Positions 38,311 through 46,866 of a stretch of 64,000 bases of DNA are shown piece by piece. Both the position numbers and the translations under genes were made by a program. Origin of the DNA: an uncultured Gemmatimonadaceae bacterium (lineage in GTDB: Bacteria; Gemmatimonadota; Gemmatimonadetes; Gemmatimonadales; Gemmatimonadaceae); assembly GCA_963716745.1 (NCBI GenBank), contig OY970320.1:2944001-3008000 (forward strand), read 5' to 3'. The first letter of the stretch is position 1. Each line of letters opens with the position of its first letter. The notes under the pieces were generated by a model. The model was not told the origin of the DNA, ran no database searches, and saw only the letters and a list, made by a program, of their open reading frames with translations.

Positions 38311-38988
38311 ATGTCGATGATCAACTACGCCAGCCGCGAGATCAACTGTAAGATCGTGTATTACGGGCCGGGGCTGGGTGGCAAGACGACGAATCTCGAG
38401 CATGTGTACGGTCGCGTGAAGCCCGACACGCGCGGCAAGCTCATCTCGCTCGCCACCGAGACGGAGCGCACGCTCTTCTTCGACTTCCTCCCGGTGGACC
38501 TGGGCACGATCCGCGGCTTCAAGACGCGCTTCCACCTCTATACCGTGCCCGGCCAGGTGTACTACAACGCGAGCCGGAAGCTCATTCTGAAGGGCGTGGA
38601 CGGCATCGTCTTCGTGGCGGACTCGCAGATCGAGCGCATGGAAGCCAATCTCGAGGCAATGCAGAACCTGTATGACAACATGCTCGAGTACGGCTACGAT
38701 CTCACCGGCATGCCCTTCGTCATGCAGTACAACAAGCGCGACCTCCCGAACGCGGCCACGGTGGCGGAGCTGCAGGAACGGCTCAACCCCGGGTTCGAGG
38801 TGCGCGACGTCACCCGCCAGCGGGTCGCTCCGGACCCCTACCACGCCGGCGAGAACCTCGTGGAGCAGATTCCCACAGGCGAATGGGTGGAACACGCGCC
38901 ATATTTCGAAGCAGTGGCGGTGACGGGAGAGGGCGTCTTCGACACCTTGAAGGCCGTCAGCAAACTGGTACTCAAGACCCTCGCGTAG
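38311..38988 (+). CDS. mglA: Small GTPase MglA
   Basis: [40 protein letters not shown] and QYNKRDL motifs. Confidence 0.96.
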   Translation: MSMINYASREINCKIVYYGPGLGGKTTNLEHVYGRVKPDTRGKLISLATETERTLFFDFLPVDLGTIRGFKTRFHLYTVPGQVYYNASRKLILKGVDGIVFVADSQIERMEANLEAMQNLYDNMLEYGYDLTGMPFVMQYNKRDLPNAATVAELQERLNPGFEVRDVTRQRVAPDPYHAGENLVEQIPTGEWVEHAPYFEAVAVTGEGVFDTLKAVSKLVLKTLA

Positions 38989-39004
38989 TTCCGGAGGCGC
39001 GCGC

Positions 39005-39700
39005 GTGAATCTGCCGAACACGCTGACCGTCAGTCGCATCGTCGCGGCGCCGGTGGTCGCCTGGCTTCCGTTCATCGCCACGTGGCCCGCGCGGTTCGGC
39101 GCGTTCGTGCTCTTCCTGCTCATCGCGATCACGGACTATTACGACGGGAAGCTCGCGCGCGAGACCGGCCAGATCACGGACCTGGGGAAGATGCTCGATC
39201 CGCTGGCCGACAAGTTGCTGGTGTTCGCGACGTTCATCCCGATGTTCGTGCTGGTGGGCTCGGGGAACTCGCTCTCGATCTGGTCGCCGCACGCGATGCC
39301 GTTCGACCTCAGCGTGCAGGGGCCGTTCCCGTACGTCACGCCGCTCGGGATGATCGGACTCCCGTGGTGGATCCTCGCGATCGTACTCGGGCGCGAGGTG
39401 ACGATGACGGTGTTCCGCTGGTGGGCGCGGCGGCGCGGCGTGGTGATCGCCGCGAGCGGATCCGCGAAGTGGAAAACGGGGCTGCAGCTCGCGTGGGTGG
39501 GCGCGAGTCTCTTCTGGTTTGGCGCCGCGACGGCGATCGCCGAATATCATTTGCAGGGCGCGGGTTGGACCGCGGCCGCGATGTTCATCGGCATCTCGAA
39601 CGTGGTGTCGATGACGGGCGCCGTGGGACTCACCGTCTGGTCGCTCTGGCAGTACGCTCGGCGGCACCGCGGGCTCATCGCCGGCGCGCTCGCGACCTAG
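39005..39700 (+). CDS. pgsA: CDP-diacylglycerol--glycerol-3-phosphate 3-phosphatidyltransferase
   Basis: MNLPNTLT and TDYYDGKLAR...GKMLDPLADK motifs. Confidence 0.88.
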   Translation: MNLPNTLTVSRIVAAPVVAWLPFIATWPARFGAFVLFLLIAITDYYDGKLARETGQITDLGKMLDPLADKLLVFATFIPMFVLVGSGNSLSIWSPHAMPFDLSVQGPFPYVTPLGMIGLPWWILAIVLGREVTMTVFRWWARRRGVVIAASGSAKWKTGLQLAWVGASLFWFGAATAIAEYHLQGAGWTAAAMFIGISNVVSMTGAVGLTVWSLWQYARRHRGLIAGALAT

Positions 39701-39709
39701 CTCCGGCAA

Positions 39710-40594
39710 ATGGCCGACTTCGGCGTCCAGCCGCCCGGCTTCCGGCTGCCGCCGGAAACGCATGTCGGACGCGTGCGGCTGCAGGTGGGCGACCTCGACC
39801 GCTCCCTCGCCTACTACGTGGGTCTGCTCGGATTCCGGGTGCTGGAGCGCGCGCCGGGCCGCGCCGAACTCGGAGTGGACCGTCCGCTCATCGAGCTGCA
39901 CGAACTGAAAGGTGCGCGCCGCGTGCCGCGCCGCGGGCGGCATGGGCTGTTCCACTTCGCCATCCTGCTGCCCGACCGCGCGTCGCTCGGCCGCATCTAC
40001 GCGCGGCTCGAGTCGGCGGGGATCCAAGTGGGATCGGCGGACCATGCCGTGAGCGAGGCGCTGTACCTCACCGATCCCGACGGACTCGGCATCGAGATCT
40101 ACGCCGACCGTCCGCGTTCGGAATGGGTGCGCCGCGGCGCCGAGCTGCACATGGTGAGCGAGCCTTTGGACGTCGGTTCGCTCACGCGCGCCGCGGGGAA
40201 GGAGCCGTGGACCGGAATGCCCAAGGGCACCGTGATCGGCCACGCGCATCTGCACGTCGAGAGTCTGGAGAAATCGGTCGCGTTCTATCACAACGCGCTC
40301 GGACTCGATCTCATCGTGTGGAGCTATCCCGGCGCGATCTTCCTGTCGGCGGGCGGGTACCACCACCACCTCGGAGCGAACACATGGGCGGGTGCCGGCG
40401 CGACGGCCCCGGAGGCGGATGAGGCGCGCTTGATCGATTGGGAGCTGCTGCTGCCGGGTTCCTTGTCATCTGTTGTTGCGAGCTTGGAGGGTGCGGGGCA
40501 CGGGGTGGAGCGTCTGCCTGACGGCGCAGTGCGAGTCTTGGATCCATCGGGGACGGCGGTCCGTATTGTGGGGGACGGGACAGGGCAGACTTAG
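39710..40594 (+). CDS. VOC family protein (CatE-like catechol 2,3-dioxygenase)
   Basis: GLFHFAILLP, DHAVSEALYLTDPDG.GIEIYADRP and GGYHHHLGANTW motifs. Confidence 0.88.
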   Translation: MADFGVQPPGFRLPPETHVGRVRLQVGDLDRSLAYYVGLLGFRVLERAPGRAELGVDRPLIELHELKGARRVPRRGRHGLFHFAILLPDRASLGRIYARLESAGIQVGSADHAVSEALYLTDPDGLGIEIYADRPRSEWVRRGAELHMVSEPLDVGSLTRAAGKEPWTGMPKGTVIGHAHLHVESLEKSVAFYHNALGLDLIVWSYPGAIFLSAGGYHHHLGANTWAGAGATAPEADEARLIDWELLLPGSLSSVVASLEGAGHGVERLPDGAVRVLDPSGTAVRIVGDGTGQT

Positions 40595-40618
40595 ACATTA
40601 GACTGAGACGTTAGACTG
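40587..40618. repeat. Family F short TAGAC tandem repeat
   Basis: AGACTTAGACATTAGACTGAGACGTTAGACTG overlapping the VOC gene stop. Confidence 0.55.
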
Positions 40619-40641
40619 CTCTTCCTCCGACCTTACTCGCC

Positions 40642-41598
40642 ATGCGCATTGGGATCGCGGCCGGACTGACTCTCTTCTCTTCGGCTCTCGCCGCGCAGGC
40701 GCCGGTTTGCACGGCGAAGGCGTCGGCGGTGGCGGGTGGGGATACAGCGGTCAGGGTCGCGTCGCTCATGGCGGCGGGGCATGCGGCGTTCGCAAAGCAG
40801 GAATTCCCGGTGGCCGTGGATTCGTTCGAAGCGGCGACCAAGCTCGATCCGAACTACGCGCCGGCGTTCATCTGGTACGGGAACGCGCTCGCGAACGTCG
40901 CCGGGAACGCGTCGACGTTCAGGCAGGCATTCATGGCGCCCAAGATGAAGCACGCATGGGAGCGCGCGGTGCAGCTCGACAGCTGCAACGTGGAGGCGCG
41001 CGAGAGCCTCATCCAGTTCTACGAGCAGGCGCCCGGCATCATGGGCGGCAGCATGGACAAGGCGAAGGCGATGGCGGCCGAGATCAAGGCGATCGATCCG
41101 TACCGCGGCGAGATCCAATCGGGCAACATCGCGCAGCGCGAGAAGAACCTCGCGGCCGCGGCGGCGTCCTTCGAGGCCGCGTCCAAGATGCCCGCCGATT
41201 CGAACGGCCGCGCATGGGGCAGCTGGGTGGTGGTGCTGGAGGAGCAGGAGAACTTCGCCGGCGCGTTCGCCGCGATCGACGCGCGACTCGCCGAGCGGCC
41301 CGGCGATCTGGTGGCGCTCACGCTGCTCGGTCGCGCGGCGGCAATGTCCGGGCAGCGCTTGGCGGAGGGCGCGACCGCGTTGAAGACAGTGATCGCCGAT
41401 TCCGCCGCCGCCGCGTCGCCGCGAACGGGATTCCGATTGTCACCCGCCGGCTTGCACTACCGGCTGGCGATGATCCTCGCGCTGCAGGCGGACACCGTGG
41501 CGGCGCTCGCGGAGTACAAGGCGGCGCTGTCGTTGAATCCGAAGGACAAGAGCATCAAAGAGGCGGCGGAGCAATTCGAGAAGGCGGCGAAACACTAA
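40642..41598 (+). CDS. Exported tetratricopeptide-repeat protein
   Basis: Signal peptide; repeated A..LDP TPR caps; APGIMGGS motif. Confidence 0.8.
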   Translation: MRIGIAAGLTLFSSALAAQAPVCTAKASAVAGGDTAVRVASLMAAGHAAFAKQEFPVAVDSFEAATKLDPNYAPAFIWYGNALANVAGNASTFRQAFMAPKMKHAWERAVQLDSCNVEARESLIQFYEQAPGIMGGSMDKAKAMAAEIKAIDPYRGEIQSGNIAQREKNLAAAAASFEAASKMPADSNGRAWGSWVVVLEEQENFAGAFAAIDARLAERPGDLVALTLLGRAAAMSGQRLAEGATALKTVIADSAAAASPRTGFRLSPAGLHYRLAMILALQADTVAALAEYKAALSLNPKDKSIKEAAEQFEKAAKH

Positions 41599-41691
41599 CT
41601 ACAGACGGCTAGGCGCTAGACCTAGACGTTAGCAACGCACACCGTCACGCTTCTAGTCGTCTACGGTCTGGCGTCGTAGCGTCGTGCAGTT
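41597..41691. repeat. Family F degenerate palindrome between convergent genes
   Basis: AACTACAGACGGCTAGGCGCTAGACCTAGACG ... CTAGTCGTCTACGGTCTGGCGTCGTAG...GCAGTT; same AACTACAGAC start as 10033. Confidence 0.6.
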
Positions 41692-41692
41692 C

Positions 41693-42067
41693 TCAGTCCC
41701 CCGTCGGGATGATCTCGCGCCCTTCCACCATGAGCATGATCGTGCGTTGGAGCGCTCTCGTCCTGTGCGCTACCCCGCGCGGAATTACGAATCCCTGCTG
41801 CGGCCCGAGTTCCACGGTGCGTCCTTCGAGATCGATGAGCAGTTTTCCCTCGACCACGTAGAAGAACTCATCGAGATCGTCGTGCTGGTGCCAATGGTAC
41901 TCGCCCTTCACGATCCCCACGCGTACCACGGAATCGTTCACCGCGCAGAGCGTCTGATTGAACCACGGGTGCGTCACCGTGCTCGCGACTTGCTTCAGGT
42001 CGATCGTCTCGAGTGCGTCATACGCGACGTTCAGCCGCGTGTCATAGGGGAAATCTCTGTCAGCCAT
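41693..42067 (-). CDS. Cupin domain protein
   Basis: GEYHWHQHDDLDEFFYVVEG...IPRGVAHR. Confidence 0.9.
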   Translation of the reverse strand: MADRDFPYDTRLNVAYDALETIDLKQVASTVTHPWFNQTLCAVNDSVVRVGIVKGEYHWHQHDDLDEFFYVVEGKLLIDLEGRTVELGPQQGFVIPRGVAHRTRALQRTIMLMVEGREIIPTGD

Positions 42068-42491
42068 TCGCGAGTCCCTCTTTGGTGAAGAGCGGTCCGA
42101 TCGTGCTCCCCTCGGCCACGGCCTTCAGCCGGTACAGCAACGCCCCCCACGCCGAGTTGCACGAGACGAAATAGGGCGTCGCCTCGCGCCAACCCTCGTG
42201 GAGGAATCGCACGTCCGTCTTGTCACCGTGCGAAGCGAGATAGAACACGAGCCGCGTGGACGCCCATTCCTTCCCGGTCTCGCAGAGCCACGACGCGGTG
42301 GCCGGCGGCGCGAACGTGAGCGAGCGAAGACGGTACACGCTCGTGCGATTGAAGAACGCGAGCTCGACGCCGGCTTCCACTTGCACGACGTCCTCCGCCC
42401 ACCATTTGGCGAGGCCCTCCGCCGTGGAGACGAGCGGGTAGATCACCTTCGGCTTCGCGAAGATCTCGATGCTGTGGATGAGTTCGGGCAT
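42060..42491 (-). CDS. SRPBCC/Aha1-like domain protein
   Basis: HSIEI..STAEGLAKWW, FLHEGW and CNSAWG..LKAVAE motifs. Confidence 0.82.
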   Translation of the reverse strand: MPELIHSIEIFAKPKVIYPLVSTAEGLAKWWAEDVVQVEAGVELAFFNRTSVYRLRSLTFAPPATASWLCETGKEWASTRLVFYLASHGDKTDVRFLHEGWREATPYFVSCNSAWGALLYRLKAVAEGSTIGPLFTKEGLANG

Positions 42492-42625
42492 CCCAGGCCC
42501 CGTGCGTTCGAGTGCCAATGAACCGTACGTCGCAACGGCGTGCGTCGCAACCCGAACGCCGCTTCGAGGTTCGACTCACGGAGTTCGGGGTTCCAGATGC
42601 ACTCGTAGGTGGCGAGATTCATAGA

Positions 42626-43876
42626 GTGCAGATCGAACTCCTCACCATCGGCGATGAGTTGTTATTGGGTTTCACCCTCGACACGAATGCCGCGCACATC
42701 GCGCGCGCGCTCGCGGCGCTCGGTGTCTCCATCGTCCGCCGCGGCACGGTGGGCGACGATGCCGAGCAGATCGCCGCCGCGGTGAGAGAGGCCCTCGATC
42801 GCACCGGCGCCGTGATCACCACCGGCGGACTCGGCCCCACCGCCGATGACCGCACGCGCGACGTGATCGCGGCCGTCTTCGGCCGCAAGCTCGTGCGCGA
42901 TGATGCGATCCTGGCCGATGTGCAGGCGCGCTTCGGCAAGCTCGGTGTGAAGATGCCGGCGAGCAACGTGAGCCAAGCGATGATCCCTGAAGGCGCGCGC
43001 GTGCTCACGAATCGCCATGGCACCGCGCCGGGCCTTTGGCTCACCGACGAGCGCGGCCGCTGGTGCGCGATGCTCCCCGGCGTCCCGCGCGAGATGCGCG
43101 GCATGCTCAAGGAAGAATTGCTCCCGATCGTCGCCGGCCTGGTAGGCAAGGATCCCACGGTGGTCGTCTCGCGCACGTTGCGCACGACGGGGATCGGCGA
43201 ATCGGCCCTGGCCGAATTGCTCGGCGAGCTCGCGAAGGGCGTCGATGGCCTCCCGTTAGCATTCTTACCCGCGTGGCCCGGTGTGGATCTCCGCCTCACG
43301 AGCGCCGAGCGCCTGGCGCCCGCCGCCGAGTCCTGCCTCACGGCCGCCATAGCGAAACTTCGCGCCCTCGCGGCTCGCTATGTGTATGGCGAGGACGAGA
43401 CCGACCTCGCCGCGGTGGTGCTGCAGCTGTGCCGCGAGCGAAAATTGCGTGTCGCCGTTGCCGAGAGTTGCACGGGCGGGCTCGTAGGCGCGCGGCTCAC
43501 CGCGATCGCGGGATCGAGCGACGCGTTCGTGGGCGGAGTGATCGCGTACTCCGACGCCGTCAAGAGCGGCTGGCTGGGCGTTCGTGCCGAGTCGTTGCGC
43601 GAGCACGGTGCGGTGAGCGAACCGGTCGTGCGCGAAATGGCGGAAGGCGTGTGCAAGGAGTTCGGTGTGGACGTCGGGATCGCGATCACAGGCATCGCGG
43701 GACCCGGCGGCGGGACGGCCGAGAAACCCGTGGGCACGGTGTGGATCGCCGCTCGCGTGAACGGCACGACGCAATCGATCGGCCGGAAATTCCTCGGCGA
43801 CCGCGAGGAGATCCGCCTGCGGTCGAGCCAGGCCGCGCTCGATATGGTGCGGCGCGCGCTGTCACCGCAGATTTAA
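42626..43876 (+). CDS. cinA: Competence/damage-inducible protein CinA (MoCF-like domain plus NMN deamidase)
   Basis: IGDELLLG..DTNA, TGGLGPTADD, LPGVPREM, AESCTGG and TGIAGPGGG motifs. Confidence 0.95.
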   Translation: MQIELLTIGDELLLGFTLDTNAAHIARALAALGVSIVRRGTVGDDAEQIAAAVREALDRTGAVITTGGLGPTADDRTRDVIAAVFGRKLVRDDAILADVQARFGKLGVKMPASNVSQAMIPEGARVLTNRHGTAPGLWLTDERGRWCAMLPGVPREMRGMLKEELLPIVAGLVGKDPTVVVSRTLRTTGIGESALAELLGELAKGVDGLPLAFLPAWPGVDLRLTSAERLAPAAESCLTAAIAKLRALAARYVYGEDETDLAAVVLQLCRERKLRVAVAESCTGGLVGARLTAIAGSSDAFVGGVIAYSDAVKSGWLGVRAESLREHGAVSEPVVREMAEGVCKEFGVDVGIAITGIAGPGGGTAEKPVGTVWIAARVNGTTQSIGRKFLGDREEIRLRSSQAALDMVRRALSPQI

Positions 43877-43904
43877 CGAGACTTCTTTCTCCAATGTGAA
43901 TAGC

Positions 43905-44483
43905 ATGTCGAAGAAGCATCGCAATCTTGATCAGCAGGTCGACGCCGAGGCGCCGCCGCCCGTGGCCGATGTCTTTCCCGCCGAGCTCCAGGCGGACGGA
44001 GTCGACGACGTACCGCCCTCCAGCGCCGAGCGCCCAGCGCCGAGCGCCGCTGTTGAGGCTCCGGATGACCGCTACCTGCGCCTCGCCGCCGAGTACGACA
44101 ATTTCCGCAAGCGCACCGCCAAGGAGCGCATGGAGATGTCGCCGCGCGCGCAGGCAGAGTTGCTCAAGCGGCTCATCGATCCACTCGACGATCTCGCGCG
44201 CGTGATCGCGCAGGGGCCCGGCGCGCGTGACGCGAAAACCGTGCTCGATGCGGTGGAGGTCGTGGACAAGAAGATGATGAAAGCGCTGGCCGATGCCGGC
44301 CTCGAGGTGCTCAATCCCGTCGGCGCGCCGTTCGATCCGGAGAAGCACGAAGCGGTCTCTACGGCGCCCGCGGCGTCGCCGGAGGAAGATCACACGGTGG
44401 CGCAGGTATTCCAGCCCGGCTACGTCTTCCACGGCCAGCTGCTGCGCCCGGCGCGCGTGGTCGTGAAGCAGTGGAACGGCTGA
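43905..44483 (+). CDS. grpE: Nucleotide exchange factor GrpE
   Basis: [22 protein letters not shown] and GY...LLRPARVVV motifs. Confidence 0.95.
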   Translation: MSKKHRNLDQQVDAEAPPPVADVFPAELQADGVDDVPPSSAERPAPSAAVEAPDDRYLRLAAEYDNFRKRTAKERMEMSPRAQAELLKRLIDPLDDLARVIAQGPGARDAKTVLDAVEVVDKKMMKALADAGLEVLNPVGAPFDPEKHEAVSTAPAASPEEDHTVAQVFQPGYVFHGQLLRPARVVVKQWNG

Positions 44484-44496
44484 GCGGCGCATAACG

Positions 44497-45622
44497 ATGG
44501 CCCAGGGCAAGGATTTCTACGCCGTGCTCGGCGTGACCGCGACCGCGAGCGCCGACGAGATCAAGAAGCAGTACCGGCGGCTCGCGAAGAAGCATCATCC
44601 GGATGCCAACAAGAGCGATCCGAAGGCCGCGGAGAAGTTCAAGGAGATCTCCGAGGCGTACGCCGTGCTCGGCGACGCGAAGAAGCGCGCGCAGTACGAC
44701 GAGATGCGGCGGCTCGGCGCGTTCGATGGTTTCTCGCGCGGCGGCGGCAGCAGCCGGCCGCCGGGTGGGGGCCCGCGTCCGCAGCCGGGCGCGAGTTCGT
44801 TCGACGACGTGGACATTGGCGGCTTCGGCGGACTCGGCGATCTGTTCAGTTCGATGTTCGGCGGCGGGAGCCGCGGCGGCGCGCGCGCGCGCGGCCCCGA
44901 GCGCGGGCAGAACGTCGAGGTGAACGTCGAGATCCCGTTCCGTATCGCGGCCCTGGGCGGCACCGTGCCGATCTCGCTCGAGATGAACGAGGAGTGCGAC
45001 ACGTGTCACGGCAGCGGCGCGGCGCCAGGCGCGAAGATGAGCACGTGCCCCGAGTGCAATGGACGCGGCACCATTCTCGTTCGGTCAGGGTGGATTCGCG
45101 GTGAACCGGCCGTGCCCCCGCTGTCTGGGCAGAGGCCAGGTGCCGAGCGAGGCGTGCAAGACGTGCGGCGGAAGCGGCGAAGTGCGCGCGAAGAAAACGA
45201 TCAAGGTCGCGGTGCCGCCGGGCGCCGACAGCGGCATGAAGATCAGGCTCGCGGGGCAGGGCGGCCGCGGGAACGCGGGCGGGCCGGCGGGTGATATGTT
45301 CGTGAATCTCACCGTGCAGCCGGACCGGTTCTACAAGCGCGAGGCGCTCGATCTCATCGCGACCGTGCCGCTGAACATCGCGCAAGCGACGCTCGGATCG
45401 AAGGTGAGCGTGAAGACGCTGCACGCGAAGAAGGTGACGATCAAGATCCCGCCCGGCACGCCGGCAGGAAAGCGGTTTAGGGTGCGAGGGCAGGGGATCG
45501 AGCACAATGGGGTGATGGGGGATCTCATCGTGGAAGTCAGGATCATCGTGCCGGAGAAGCTCTCGCCGGAGCAGGAGAAGCTCATGCAGGAGTTCGCAGC
45601 CGCCGGCGGGCTCAAGTACTAG
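44497..45622 (+). CDS. dnaJ: Chaperone DnaJ; apparent +1 frameshift near 45075
   Basis: J domain with HPD and G/F region. CxxCxGxG repeats 1-2 lie in ORF 44497 and repeats 3-4 plus the C-terminal domain in ORF 45059..45622; junction ACC ATT C TCG TTC GGT. Confidence 0.92.
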
Positions 45623-45633
45623 AGGCGTTAGTC

Positions 45634-45772
45634 GAACCGCTGACGGCGGGGTTGGTACCGCTGACGGCGCGTAGCGTTGGCGTTGGGTACTGCGAAACCT
45701 GAGTAGGGCGCGCCTCCCAACGCCAACGCTACGTACGCCCCTCGCGGTACCGGCCCCGCCGTCTGCGGTACG
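45634..45772 (+). repeat. Family D ~140-nt hairpin element, copy 1
   Basis: GAACCGCTGACGGCGGGGTTGGTACCGC...GCGTTGGCGTTGGG...CCCAACGCCAACGC...GCGGTACC..CCCCGCC..GCGGTAC. Confidence 0.9.
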
Positions 45773-45812
45773 CGGTTCTATCGGAGCTAGTCTGGTGCGA
45801 TAGATTGTAGCC

Positions 45813-46838
45813 ATGGATCGTGCGAAGCGTCACACCGCTGAGCGCCGTGTAGCTCCCGCCGCGGCCCGCGTGCTCGTCCTGAAGGACGCCGACGCGCGGA
45901 ATCCGGGTGTGCCGCTCGATCTCGACATCATCAATGCGATCCGCGTGAACCGGAGCGCGGTGGAGCGCCGAGCGGCGACGATCCCCACCCGGCGCACGGT
46001 GAAGAAGGATTGGCAGGCGGCTTGGCTGCTGCGTGCCATCACGCTCATCGATCTCACCACCCTCGCGGGCGACGACACGCCGAGCAATGTGCGGCGTCTG
46101 TGCGCGAAGGCGCGCGAACCGGTGCGCGACGACATCCTGAACGCCCTCGGCGCGATGCATCTCGGGATCACCGTGGCGGCGGTGTGCGTGTATCACGAGC
46201 TGGTGGGCGTCGCGGTCGCCGCGCTCACCGGCAGCGACATTCCGGTCGCGGCGGTGAGCGCGGGGTTCCCGGCGGGGTTGAGTCCCTTCAGTACGCGCCT
46301 CGCGGAGATCAAGGCGAGCGTCGCGGCGGGCGCCCAGGAGATCGACATCGTGATCACGCGCGCGCATGTGCTCACGGGCGACTGGGACTCATTGTACGAT
46401 GAGGTGCGCACGTTCCGCGACGCCTGCGGCGATGCGCACCTCAAGGCGATCCTCGCCACGGGCGAACTCGCGACGCTCACGAATGTCGCGCGCGCGAGCC
46501 GAGTGGCGATGATGGCGGGCGCCGACTTCATCAAGACGAGCACCGGCAAGGAGAGCGTGAATGCGACGCTGCCCTTCGGCGTCGTGATGGCGCGCCAGAT
46601 CCGCGAGTATCACGAGAGCACGGGCGTCGCCGTGGGCTTCAAGCCGGCAGGCGGGATCCGCACGGCCAAGAACGCGACGGACTGGATGATCCTCATGAAG
46701 GAAGAGCTCGGCGACGAATGGCTGCGCCCTAAATTGTTCCGTCTGGGTGCCAGTTCGCTGCTCACCGACATCGAACGTCAGCTCGAGCACGCGGCCACGG
46801 GGCGCTACGCCGCCGCGTATCGCATGCCAATGGTCTGA
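45813..46838 (+). CDS. deoC: Deoxyribose-phosphate aldolase
   Basis: IDLTTL.GDDT, AVCVY, EIDIVI, DFIKTSTGK, GFKPAGGI and RLGASSLL motifs. Confidence 0.95.
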   Translation: MDRAKRHTAERRVAPAAARVLVLKDADARNPGVPLDLDIINAIRVNRSAVERRAATIPTRRTVKKDWQAAWLLRAITLIDLTTLAGDDTPSNVRRLCAKAREPVRDDILNALGAMHLGITVAAVCVYHELVGVAVAALTGSDIPVAAVSAGFPAGLSPFSTRLAEIKASVAAGAQEIDIVITRAHVLTGDWDSLYDEVRTFRDACGDAHLKAILATGELATLTNVARASRVAMMAGADFIKTSTGKESVNATLPFGVVMARQIREYHESTGVAVGFKPAGGIRTAKNATDWMILMKEELGDEWLRPKLFRLGASSLLTDIERQLEHAATGRYAAAYRMPMV

Positions 46839-46866
46839 CCGTGACATCACTCCGGAGAGTGCGCGC

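Noticed and set aside
44497..45622. dnaJ as a true pseudogene or programmed frameshift
   Set aside because: A single extra base with no slippery sequence and both halves fully conserved; an assembly error is more likely.
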